DNA of 64,000 nt from the human T2T-CHM13v2.0 reference genome, Homo sapiens, in assembly GCF_009914755.1 (NCBI RefSeq), contig NC_060925.1; one strand, given 5' to 3'. Position 1 is the stretch's first letter. Each line of letters begins with the position of its first letter. The position numbers and the translations under genes were made by a program. Of the stretch, positions 1 through 12,477 are shown one piece after another. Under the pieces are notes generated by a model, which was not told the DNA's origin, did not search any database, and was given only the letters and a program-made list of their open reading frames with translations.

Positions 1-2170
1 AATTTCAGTTTAAAAAAGCGTGCTTGCCCCTCTTCCTTCTCATATATCATAGAGTGACCAGTCCTCTCAGCTTCCTTTGTGCTGGGGATCACTAAGTGGG
101 GAAAAGTGGCAGCTGGAGATAACAGCTCTCTGATGCTCCGCTGCATTTGTTCTGGATTTTTCTAGGCCTGTCCAAGAGATGGTAGCATGGAAAGGAACTT
201 GCAGTGACTTTTCCAAAATGTGGGATTTTTCACAGATTTTACAGGTGTGCTACACATTTGCAATGAACAGAATACTTAATCCTGACGTGCTTTTCCCTTC
301 CCGTAGGCTTTATTATAGCTGGAATATGTGACAAGCCATCATACCTATAAAAATGCCTGCTTGTTTTAAATGTTGGATTTTATGCATTTTATATTTATAT
401 TAGGATGAGAGTGTCCCTATATTTTAGTGACAGACATTTACGCTCATCCACAGGGTAAGAAACAATATAATGTAGCAGTATGTAGTCTCTGCAAGAGTTT
501 ATAGAAATGTGGTGGTTTTATATTTAATTTTAAGTTACTATTTTTTAAAGAAAGATTTTGCCTGAGATAATTATTACAGTTCCCATGCTCACATGGTGAT
601 AATGCGCACCTTTGCAACAAGCAGAGTATCTGAAAGATTCAGGTAGTCAGAGAGTCAGTTGGTGGCACTGTGAAGATTTTTGCCAGGTATCTTTTTGGTT
701 TATACCATTATATGTAAAAATATGTGTAGGATTTGACCTGCAGATAGAATTTTTAGAGAGCAAGAGGAAGAAATCACTTGATTTGGGTGGATCAAAATCA
801 TAAAGGAAATTTTGTTTTCAGTGTTCTTTTTTAACCCTTATATAGCCTTGAAAGAGACTTCATATGTTATTTACTATTATATCCAAAAATATAAAAGCCT
901 GAATACATGCATTGGCTCTCTCTCTCTTTCTTAAAGAAAGCAAATAAAATATTTTGCTGATGATGGCGCTTTTTGTATGTGTTTGCATGTTGGTACTTAA
1001 ATGCAATATGTCTGGAAGATGTTGCTATTTCACACTACACGCACAAGAAAGAGTAAATTGTAGGTCCTGATTATCAACAGATAACAAGACATACTGTATA
1101 TAAATAAATGCTCAGCATCAAAACCCATTATTGGATTAGCTATATAATCATGTCTCAGGCTGTAAGTCTGTGCTGACAAATGAACACTTTTCATTTGGCT
1201 CAAGGTCCTCATCAGCAACGGAACTAATTTTACATTCTCACCCATTAAGTGAATAAGATGTGGAAAAAGCTGTCTGCTTTTTGAAGTGTAAATTTGCTGC
1301 TACAGGCTGTGCAGACCAAAGCGCTTTTGAAGCAGGCAAATGAGATCATCTCTAGGGACATGTGAACCTCACAAAGTTTAGGTCATTTCTGTTGAAGGGA
1401 CGGGGCGTGCGTCTGTGTGTTCACCAATGTTCATACGATGTAGGTAGCTGTGTACCTTGGGCTGTGTGGGTGTTCTTGGACGCAGATGATGAATAGTTTG
1501 TATAAACCTGGGAGAGAATTTGGAGCACTGTCTTCATGTTCTCTAGAAACCAAGGACCCAGAGAATCTGTGTGAAGCCTGAGATGGAACAGTCAGGGGTT
1601 GGCTTGTTTGACAGTCAGGATCTCAGCCCTCTGAGAAGAATGACCAACCCTGAGAAGGAGCAACAATGGCTCTGCACCTCAGTTGTTCTTGGTGACTTTA
1701 ATTCCTCTCTACACTCATGACTGCACATTTAAATCTCTAGAGCACACCTCTCCTTGGAGTTCCAGATCCTTATATGCAACTGTCTACTTGGTATAACTAC
1801 TTGGCTGGTTCATACATATCTCAAACTTAACATTACCCAAATAAAACCATGGTAGTCTACCCCAAAACATGTCTCTATCCCCCAGTTGCTTTTCATCTCC
1901 TCAATTACATCAACATCTTCCTCCTTGCTCAAGCCAGAAACTGAAGTGTTATTTTTGCTTCACCCCTTTCTGTCACCAGTGAAATACAGTCTATCAGCAG
2001 TCATGCTGGTTTTAGCAACAAAATATCTCCTGGGACACCTAGCCCAGGCCCACATCAACTCTCACCTAGGCAGCAGTGACCCTAGTCTCCCAGATCTTGC
2101 CTCTGCACCTCCACTCCAATCACCCCTTCTTCCCATTCATACTTAGCAGAGACTAATCTTAAAATGTGGG

Positions 2171-2618
2171 TTTTATGGGTTGACTTGTGTCCCCACCCCA
2201 AAATTATACGAAGTTGTAACCCCAGTACCTTAGAATGTGACCATATTTGGAAATAGGGTCATTGCAGATATAGTTAGTTAAGATGAAGTCATGCGGAATT
2301 TGGGCTCCTACCCAATATGACTGTTGTCCTTATAAAAAGAATGCCACTTGGAGAGAAAGAGCCTTGTACAGAGAAAAGATGTTGAGAAGGCACAGTTAAG
2401 CACCGTCTACAAGTAGTGCCAAAGATTGCCAGCCAACCACCGAAAGCTAGGAGAGGGACCTGCAACTGATCTTCCCTCAGAGCCTACAGGAGGAAATGAC
2501 ACAGCCAACACCTGGCTCTTGGACTTCTAGCCTCCAGAACGATGAGACAGTAAATTTCTGCTGTTTAAGTCACTCAGCCTGTGGTACTTTGTTATGGCCG
2601 CCCTAGCTAACTAATACA
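2171..2618 (+). mobile_element. ERVL-MaLR solo LTR, MLT1B/MLT1C-like
   Basis: tatgggttgacttgtgtcccc...cagtaccttagaatgtgaccatatttggaaatagggtcattgcagat start; ends ...ttgttatggccgccctagctaactaataca. Confidence 0.85.
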
Positions 2619-2910
2619 GTTGGAATCATGTCCCTTCACATCTTAAAGGCCCTGATGGCTTCTTGTTTCATTCAGATTCAAATTCAAATGCCTCCCATCA
2701 TGACCTATAAAACTCCTCATGATCTGGTTAGTAAATTTCTGCTGTTTAAGTCACTCAGCCTGTGGTACTTTGTTATGGCCGCCCTAGCTAACTAATACAG
2801 TTGGAATCATGTCCCTTCACATCTTAAAGGCCCTGATGGCTTCTTGTTTCATTCAGATTCAAATTCAAATGCCTGCCATCATGACCTATAAAACTCTTCA
2901 TGATCTGGTT
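2549..2910 (+). repeat. Direct tandem duplication, 2 x 181 bp
   Basis: 2549-2729 and 2730-2910 are identical except 2694C/2875G and 2716C/2897T. Confidence 0.97.
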
Positions 2911-3736
2911 CTGGCTGGCTTCTCCAGTTTCATCTCCCACTCATGCTTCTTTCCTCATCTTCAGCCACACTGGCAACTCTCTGTTCCTCAGTCACACTGC
3001 ACTCTCCCTTTCCCAGCCCCTGCACACGCTGTGTCCTCTACTTGCAGTGCCCACCTCCTCCCTCACTCCCTTTGCGTGGCTAACACCTTATCCTTAGGGT
3101 CTTCATTTACACATCACCCTTCCCCATTCCTGCTGTTATGCTCTGCCTTGGCCTGATTTTTTTCTTATAATTATCATGATATGTGTTTCCTTTATATTCT
3201 CGTGTACTTTCTTCCTTTGATCTAGTCTCTGAGGTCCACAAGACACATCATTCTGGTTCATCAGTGTATCTCTTGTGCCTAATACAGTGCCTGGCACACA
3301 CCGGATGTTCAGTAAACATGTGTTCAGGGGGTGAATGCATGGAAGGTGTCTAGGAAGCCCCCTTCCTCAAGTCTCATGGCTGCTGAATTTATTGTCACAT
3401 AAGCCTTTATCTTTTTGGTTACTATTTGGAAAAAGATGAATTTTACATGGGAAGCATCCTTTGATTTCTCCTTAGGTTGGAAATGTCTGGATCACTTCAC
3501 ATCCTTAAGGTTTTATGTCTAGTATTGGAGGACTTAACCAAGAATCTAGGTGTAGTGATACCACAGGAAGAATGGGTGGAGTCAGGTCTTTGCCCATTAA
3601 TCGCACCAAGATATTTGTGAAACTTCTCACATAAAAAATGTGGCCTCTTGGCAGGCCAAAGAGTACATTGCTGTATAGAAATACTCCCTGGACTCAGCTT
3701 TTGCCAAGTTGAAAAATAGGAAGTTGTGTGGGTGAG

Positions 3737-4150
3737 TGTGGGGGAGACTGCTAGCTGTCCACTAAAATCTGTTCTTTCTTCCTGGGCACACGATGAAATG
3801 ATATATCCCAGCCCCCCTAGCAGTTAAGTGTGGTCACATGACTGAGTTCTCTCCAGTGGTTTGTGGGCAGAGGTGCTGGGTACTATTTTCAGGCCCAGCC
3901 CACTGAAAACCTCCCACACGCACTGCCCGTGATCTTTTCTCTCCAGTTGGTGGGGCTCTCAATGCCTAGGGCAACCTTAGAAACCATGGTTGAAAATGGA
4001 AAACCACCATCAGCCTGGGTGTCTGAAGACGATATGGAGAAAACCCTCCCTTCAGCCCTGAACTGACCAGATGATCCTGCTGAGCACTTTATATTAAGCC
4101 ACTGCAATTTCAGGGTCTATCTCTAAGTGCAGGTTAGTCAATCCTAACAG
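3737..4150 (+). mobile_element. Old ERVL-MaLR LTR (MLT1I/J-like)
   Basis: gactgctagctgtccactaaaatc...cctgggcacac...gcagttaagtgtggtcacatgactgagttct; 3' part ttaagccactgcaatttcagggt. Confidence 0.7.
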
Positions 4151-5136
4151 CATCATGACCTCTTCTTGAGGAAGATCACACTCATGAAAGGAGTGAAGCC
4201 ATCAAACACCAAGTTGCTGATAATGCTGGCTAAAGGAGACAAGCTTGGGGAAGGAGGGGAGTGGACTGTTAGAACTGACTCAGGCAGGAATCTCTTCTCT
4301 CTCATGCACCACACAAAAAGGGTTTTGGAAAGAAACCATGTAAAAACTCATTTGTTTTAACACTCTGTGAGACAAGAGAGATTAAGGAAAAGATGACATC
4401 TGTAAGTATCTCACCATCTTCTACTACAGTCCCTGGATGCTGTGCCACTCTCGATTAGTCCTCTGTCTTTTCTGGCAGTGACCCCTCTTGAAACCATTGC
4501 AAAAGCTTTTAAGCCAACAATAGGGAGATAAAATTTGTGAGGTGAGCACTCAGGGCCTGGAAGGGGAAGAAAAGGGCAAACAAACTTTGAATGATATTCT
4601 GATAAGTTTGGTGTCTTCTGAGTGGTTATATCTGCCAGGAGGGTGGCAACTGTGGCTTATTGATCCTTGTATCTATATCCTTGTATCCAGTCCAGTGCTT
4701 GGTAGATCTTATGTGCTTAATGATTGTTTGAAAAATGAATTAATACATTATCTTATTTGAATGTCACAAAAACCTGCTGAGGAAATAAGACTTTATTGCA
4801 GACATTGTTGTTTGCCTAATAGGGTCAGAACAATTCCTGCTTCATTCTCCTCTTTCCAGTACATGGGAGACTACACTTTCAGTTGGGTAGGGTCACTCAC
4901 TGGTTCTGTCCAAAGAAATATAAGGGAAAGTGACGTCTCCAGCTTCTCCCTCTGCTGCTGGAGTAAACCTGAGGCCTTGTGCTGATAGGATGGAGCCTCT
5001 GTGAGTCTGATCTTGAGTCACTCTGTGCAAAAAGAAAGAGCCCTTCACTGACTTGTGCTGGGCATGTAGTGCGGGCAAGAGATAAGTTTCTATTGGGTTA
5101 ATCATCATGTATGTTATACTCCAGCATGGCCTAGCC

Positions 5137-5560
5137 TGTGCAAACTAACACACTTACCCAACGGCAACTTGCCCCTCTTCATTTCACATGCACAGAACTT
5201 CAAATTTTGCCAGCTCTTCTCTGGATGGCCATTGGCTCCAGGGGAAGCCAGGCCTCTCCCAGCCTCAGGGGTGAAATGTGGGTTGTCTCAGACAATCAGG
5301 ATAATCTCGATCCACTCAGCCAGTGATGATTTTAGGGGTAGGCGTGTAAGCTGGTTCTGGCCAAGATGACACCTGGGGAATTCTGCTGGGGGACCTTTTG
5401 GGGAAATTTTTTCATACCCATAGACCAGGAGACAAGAATGCTTCCTTTTCGTGCCCAGGGGCATTATTTTGGGAAGACATGAGGCTTGGAGCTGCTACAA
5501 CCGTCCTGTGGCCATAAGGGGAGATGCCAACACATAGAAGGTGGCAGACTAGGAAAAGAC
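5137..5560 (+). mobile_element. Old ERVL-MaLR LTR fragment (MLT1K/L-like)
   Basis: gacaatcaggataatc...gccagtgatgattttaggggtaggcgtgtaagctggttctggccaa...ctgctggggg motif series. Confidence 0.6.
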
Positions 5561-5599
5561 AAAATTCTCTTTAGATTTTTTAAGTTGAGTATTCTGTTC

Positions 5600-5740
5600 C
5601 TTTTACCTCAGAGCATCCAAATAGATTATCTCTACTTTATCAATGAGGAAAATGAAGTTGAGAGAGTATAAATGACCTGCCCAAAGCCTGTTGGCTTGTA
5701 AGTAGAAATCAGGTCTTCTAACTTGGAGTTTTCTTCTCTT
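5600..5740 (-). mobile_element. MIR SINE fragment
   Basis: Antisense core atgaggaaaatgaag...aaatgacctgcccaaag. Confidence 0.65.
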
Positions 5741-5974
5741 TGAATTGTTCTAGGGACAGCAAGAGTTTTCTTTCATCTCCGAACAACTGACTGGGGGTGC
5801 CTGCTTGGAGAGTTGTGTTGGGAAGGGTTGTAAGACCACATCCAAAAAGAAAGAGGGTTTTGGTTGATTAACAAGTTCGTGGGCGTGAGGGAGGGCAGCA
5901 GTGTACTTTTCCTCATGACTGTAGTATGCCATGAGGCAGGTCTTTCTGGATTATCTTGACTGTGGGAGGGATGG

Positions 5975-6450
5975 TGTAATAGTTATCTACTACTGAGTAA
6001 CAAATTTAGCAGCTTAAGAAAAACAGGTATTTACTATCTCACAGTCTCTGTGGGATGTGGAAATAGAGACATGGATTAGCTGAGTGCTTCTGTCTCAAAA
6101 TTGGTTATGTGGTGGCAATCAATTTGGGGCTGGGGCTGCGTCCTTTTCTGTATCCTCAGCTGGGGGAAGGATCTGCTTCCATGCCCACTTGTGTGGTTAT
6201 TGGTGGGATTCTGTTCCTCATGGACAGAGGGTTCTGTTCCTCTAGGACAAAGGGCCTCCGTGTTTCATTGGCTGTTCCTTAGGTTCTTGCCACCTGGGCC
6301 TCATCATGGGACAACTTACCCCGTGGCAGCTGCTTTCCTTGATGTGAGCCAGCAGGTCAGAGAAGGCATCCAGAAGAGAAGCCACAGCCTTTCTGCAGCC
6401 CAACCTCAGAAGGGCCATCCCATCACTTGTACGGTATTCTACCCCCAACA
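5975..6450 (-). mobile_element. ERVL-MaLR LTR (MLT1E/F-like)
   Basis: tgtaatagttatctactactgagtaacaaat...tttactatctcacagtctctgtggg...ggggaaggatctgcttcca. Confidence 0.7.
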
Positions 6451-9139
6451 AGCAACAGATGAAAAAAACATGCAGTTACTTCTTCTGTTACCATTTCTGT
6501 CATTGTCATTGTTGGCTATTTTGCTTCAAAAATTGTGATTTATCTTCTTGAAGCTCAGTCTCTTTCTGTGCATTCAGCAATAGTATGAGGGCCTGCCTCG
6601 TGTCCCCTTTCCATGTCAGGGGCTTAAGCATGGAATAATGGTATTATTGCTTATTATAATTAGTAATTTTAGTTAATAATAACCAATAATTTAGAAAAGA
6701 GTGCCACAGGGCAGTGAGTGCCTGTGGTGTTGGCACGTTCCCTCTCACTCCTGTCCAATCCCTTTCACATCACATGTGTGTCTGTTCTGAAATCGAACAT
6801 GACCAGTGGTCCCTTCGCTGACTCTCTGGCCTCCTTCCCTTGCAGGACATGGCTGGAGGCTGAGTTTCAATCTTTTCTGCCTCTGGGAATTTGCCTGAGA
6901 GAGGGCACAAGAAAGGAAAGGAGGAAGGAAGTCATCTGTGAGGGCAAGGTCCATTCTTTAACGTCCGGTGCTTCCTTAGGCACCAGGCACACAGTTTGGG
7001 GAGAAAAAGAAACTCTTTCAGGGACTCTGGATAAGAAAAAGAAGGAAGTAGAATGGGTTAATGTTAATCAAAGGGGCTGAAGAGTTGTGGGGCTTTTACT
7101 AGCCTATCAGGGTGGATAAGATGAGGGGAAGAATACTGGACTTTCAATAAAGGGAGGCAGATTAAATTAATCATGACAGGAAAATGAGCAAGAAATGCTT
7201 TCACATTGTTATTTAATAAGAAAAATGTGTAATTAACTGATAAAAATAGTTTTTGCAAGAAGCAGGCAGTTAAATAGTTTATAAAGCCAGCCAGGCCCAA
7301 TCCTCAGCATCCCTGACTGTTAGCAATCAGAATGCTTTTTATATGGTGTCTTTCTTTGGAAACGCACAAACCATCTCACCACAGACATTACCTCATTTGC
7401 TTCACAGCCTAATGAATGCTTTATGGCTGAGAAATGATGGAGGAAGCGAGTGAGACTGAAGAGATGAAGAAACTGAGGCACACAGAGAGAGACCCGGACG
7501 TGGCATTCCCAGCAGTACTCAGGTTTTCTTCTTCCTAACCTCCTGGCCTTTAATTGTGTTTTAGGCATTGACTAATGAATTTAAATGAAGCAATTACTCA
7601 TGTCTTCCAAAAGCTGCATAGAGGAACCTGGGCTGTGTATTATGGCTGATATGATACTAGTCTTCCGAACGGGAGGTGGGGGTGGGAAGAGATCCTGGCA
7701 TTTGCCATCTGGTAAGCCTGTCTTTAATCCTCAGTAAAGTAATGGAATGGAGATGAGGAAAAACATGTGTAAGAATCAAGAGCATAATGCCACCATGAGC
7801 AAGCAGCTGTCTGGATTTTTAAAGAGCAAATTCCATGAGACAAATTTAATTGCATTTTTTAATAGAATTAAAAAAAATCCACAACATTAGTGGGTGAAGG
7901 AAATGAAATGGATGCATCCAGAAATCTCACTTGAAAGATGAATTCAACGGGGCTGGTTCTGAGCTGTCTCCTGTATTGAAAGCTGGCTGGAAGGCCACGT
8001 GAGCAGCCGGTGGGCGGCCGTGGAGTGACTGGGAGCTGGTGGCCAGCGGCATGCTTCTGGCAGGCTCTGAGATGGGCCGGCGTCTACAGAGCATCATTAT
8101 TAATGACTTGCAGGAGGTGATGAGCAGAACATTAATTAAACATGCACATGTGGCCAAGTAGGAAATTGGCGGCGAAAACACCAGAGAGGCAGGCACATAA
8201 TACCCAGGTGCTTGTTTTTCAGCTTTTGTGATCTGGCCTGTGAGACTTGACTTTGCCTCCCCTGCTCTCTCCCTGCTGTCTTGGGCTTGAACGAGATTTT
8301 TGCATGGTGCCACAGGAGAAGTGGCAGAGGAGGTGCCCTTTAGAGCAGGCTCACAAATCCCCTTGCCAAACACCAGGATGTGTACAAGTTGCACCTCTAG
8401 CCTGATGTGCTGAGAAAGGAAGCCTGCAAAAATTAATATTGATATTAGTAGAGTAATGAAGCAGCTGCAAAGCTGGTTCGCAAATGTCTTGCCCTGTTTT
8501 GTGGCATGTTTACATCTGCAAAAGGGAGAAGAAGCAAGAGAGATAGGGAAGTGGAGGCATCTCCTCTGAATCATCGTTAGGGGAGTCTGTTGGTCTAGCT
8601 CATCTTTCTCAGAGAAATCAGGATGGTTTGATTTCTGAATACATCCAGGCATTTGGAAATTAGGTGGCTGACCCCAAATCCTAAAAAATACCATGCTGTT
8701 GAAGTGAAGGTCGAGCATTATATAGTTTTCACATTCAATCAACATTTAGTTCTCTTCTTAGGAGATCATCCCTAATAACTCTATTCGTTTGGCTGGTTGC
8801 TTTGTCACAACTGGATCTTGGCACTGTCCCTATTGGAACTTATATTTATTTGAAAATTACTCTGCTGCCAAGGTAAAAAGAATAGCTCCAGGAGAATGCA
8901 GGCTCCTTGCTCTGCAATATCAAGTACTGTGTGTTCCAAGATGGTAGATTATCTTTTGTATTTTATTTAATTTGAGAGCCATTCGCCAAACTCTGTATAA
9001 ACAAGGAGAAGTCAGTAATGGGGAAGGTGACACCGGCCAAACTTATGTCATTTTGAAATTGTACTGTGGCCAAGCAAGTGTTTAGGAAGAAGGATAAAGA
9101 CACTACCCCCACCATGGCACCAAAAACAATAACACAACA

Positions 9140-9330
9140 ATAATGTGATTTCCAGCATTCACTGGTTGCTATCAGGCATTATCTAAACTGTTCATACAAC
9201 AATGCTATGGAGGTAAGTATTATCATTGTTCCTATTTTACAAATCAAAAAATTGATCATAATTGAGACAAAAGCTTCCAGAGTGCAGTGTAAATGTCAGA
9301 GATCGAAGCCTGAGTCTCAAGCCCATTGCT
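9140..9330 (-). mobile_element. MIR fragment
   Basis: catacaacaatgctatggaggtaagtattatcattgttcctattttacaaat. Confidence 0.6.
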
Positions 9331-10068
9331 TCAGCATTGTGTCCATCACTCAACCTTGAACCAAGGTTACTTGGGTGGGAGATTTGATGCCTAGAATAAT
9401 GGGTCTAGAGTCCAGGGCCAGACAGTGAAATGCCACTCTTTAATTATTTGTTTAATGTTTCTTTAGAGAAGTTGAGGTTGACTTGAGGGATGTGCAGAGA
9501 TGATGGGATGGTGGTAGCGCTCTGCCTGCTTTCTACTCTTACAAACAATTCATCTCTGGTCCCAGACTTGCATAATCTATCTAGGAAGGCAAAAGTTCTG
9601 AGTTGCCTGGATCTACTCTCCTGAGAATGTACTTCAGTGACCCTCTGATGTTACTTAAGCATGCCTCCTTTTGAGTCTCACTTCCTACCTCTGAGAGTCT
9701 ATCAAGCCATTCGTTCCAATGATACACTGCATGCTGCCTTAGAGGACTTCTGATGTGTTCAATGTTCTCCATATTATTTTACTTCCGGTAATTTTATTTT
9801 AGGTCTAAGTGTTAATTTAGCACCCTTTATAGATTGATGCCCCAAGTCACTACCTTGCTGGCCCTGCCAGAGCCACATCCACTAAGTCTTTGAGTGGGAT
9901 GGCAGGAAGTAGGTATTATAGGATTGCACTGTGTGAACAAACAACTTCAGATCAGGGCAAAGAATCTGTCAATGAAGACAAAGCCACTTTTGGCCTTAAA
10001 GCTGATATTGGATATTTTAGATACCATGCCATGGGAAGGCAATCAGAGATTTTTGTCCCCAGTCCCCA

Positions 10069-10634
10069 GTTACAGATTTTATTTTGCAGTAATATCCCCA
10101 TCCTACATATCTTCTAAAGTGTGACTTTGCACTTTGCTATTTGAGAGGAACCTAATATCCCTCCTTTGAATCTGGGTTGACCTTATGACTTGCTTAGACT
10201 CAATAGAATGAAGTGGAAGTGACACCACATGACTTCCAAGATTTGGTCAGAGAAGGCCATAAAGCTCCTCATAGATTCTCTCGAGACACTTTTTCTAGGA
10301 GAAGTCAATGTCATGTAACTGGTCCGGCTGCCCTGAGACCACCATGCAGGAGAGGCCAGGTGTAGGTGTTCTGGTCAGCAACCACAATGGAGCCCAGCCT
10401 TCTAGCTATCCTTAAGGTACCAGACATGTGAGTAAAGTCATCTTGAAACTACCTACCCTTATGCCAACTAAGTACCACTCAGTAACCTCAGTTGACTTCA
10501 TGAGGAGCAGATGAATCACCCAGCTGAGCCCTGTTTGATTCCTGACCTGACAATTCATGAAATACAATAAAATGGTCATTGTTTTAAGTCAGTAAGTTCT
10601 AAGGTAGTTTGTTACACAGGATGGAGACTGGAAT
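10069..10634 (+). mobile_element. ERVL-MaLR LTR (MLT1G/H-like)
   Basis: ttgaatctgggttgaccttatgacttgctt..caatagaatgaagtggaagtgac; ccagacatgtgagt; aataaaatggtcattgttttaagtc 3' end. Confidence 0.8.
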
Positions 10635-11559
10635 GTTTCTTACTACTCATATTTAATTCCATTCAAATCCTGTACATCACTTAAAACACAAAAATAAAAC
10701 CAAAAATAGACATTTTATCCTGTATTAGGAAATAAGCTGACTTCGGCCTGCATCACCATTGCCCCCTTATTAACAAGCCCTTTAGTAAGGAATTGGGTTC
10801 ATTTCATGCATGATTTCCTATCTTGCTTTCTAGTCAGTAGAACTGGCTTGGTGTGGAACCAATATTTTTACATGATCCATGACAACACTCATGAAAGTTC
10901 TTTATGCCCCATAGTACGGTCTATATGAATTAATCAGATTTTTTAAATGGCATAGGTAAAAATACCAGGCTCAGAGCCTAAAGATTCAATTGTTAGAAAA
11001 CAGTTGGATTAGAGAATTATTTTCTGAGTTCAGGACTGTTTGGAGTTTCACCAAATTTGGATGACCACTGAAGGACAGCAGGCTTTGCAAATAAGGGTGC
11101 CAACTATGAGGGAGCCCATATGGAAATGACTCCTTCAGAATGCAGAGCATTTTAGTAGAAATATTTTTGTGAGTGGATTAGCATTTGTTTTTCCAATGCG
11201 GAATCTGTGGGGGATGATAGTTCTTTTCTGACTGAGAAGAAGGCCTTTTTACCTTCTCTCTCTGTGCCAAGGCTGCCTTCTCTGAAACTGTGATTAACAT
11301 TGCATAAGAAGGGCTCTTAGGCAGAGTCCCACTTGCTCTTCAGCAGCAGCCTCTTCCTTTCCTGTTCTTTGGGCCCCATGTCTAAGCCATTCTTTTTCCA
11401 TTCTCTCTCCCCTTCTCCCCCACCACACCTTTCCTTTTGCATCCATCCCCTTCTCCTGTGCATCCGCCTAATTTTTCTTTTTCCTGTCAACTCCCCTTCC
11501 ATCTCCTGAGTAGGGGAGACACAGGAAAGGGAGCTCATGTGTGCAAGGCGATCGTCCTG

Positions 11560-11765
11560 CGGGGTGCTGTGCTAGAAGCTTTATAGATGTGATCAGGTTT
11601 TAGCGCCTGACAAACCTTTGAGCTAAGTAGTAGTATTCCTATTTTTTCAGATGAGGAAACTGAGTCCCAGAGGAATGAAGTAACTTGCTGAAGTTCACCC
11701 AGCACATGCTGGAGCTGGGTATGTTTCTAGAACTGTCTATTTAAAAAACCACCCTCTTTCCATTG
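11560..11765 (-). mobile_element. MIR
   Basis: cagatgaggaaactgagtcccagag..gaagtaacttgctgaagttcacccagc. Confidence 0.8.
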
Positions 11766-12108
11766 GTGGCATGACTTGGGGTTTGGAGGGGAACCTCATT
11801 TACAGCACATAGTTATGTTTAAATGAACGGTTTAGTAAACCATAGAGTGTTCTTCCACACTAAGGATTTGATCAGTTCAATAAATCCTTTGTTGTCTGTA
11901 TAAAGTCTAGAGTTAAACAAACAACACAGAGCACAATATCGAGGTTTTGTCAAGTTTCTGGTGAACATAACAGGCAAATATCTAAAAGCTTTCTTTAACA
12001 AGGTTTATTTCCATGTGAGAGAGCTGTGGGTTACACTGATGATGCAGGAGCTTAAGGAAGTGAGTATCTATCATAAGCTTAAAAAGTGTAGCATCAAAAT
12101 GGCAGTAA

Positions 12109-12477
<369 letters not shown>

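Larger units (their letters stand above)
1700..3340 (+). mobile_element. L2 (L2a-like) LINE 3' region, interrupted by an MLT1 LTR and a local duplication
   Basis: L2-like motifs ccagatccttatatgcaactgtctacttg...catatctcaaacttaacat (~1760-1835) and typical L2 3' end cagtgcctggcacaca...cagtaaacatgtg..gtgaatg (~3285-3340). Confidence 0.8.

Noticed and set aside
2549-2910. The duplication as paired LTRs of a mini-provirus or as an array
   Set aside because: Only two adjacent copies with no spacer, and the unit spans the LTR/L2 boundary, so it post-dates both elements
11340-11510. Pyrimidine-rich tract (also ~62500-62650) as H-DNA
   Set aside because: Frequently interrupted and no clear mirror symmetry
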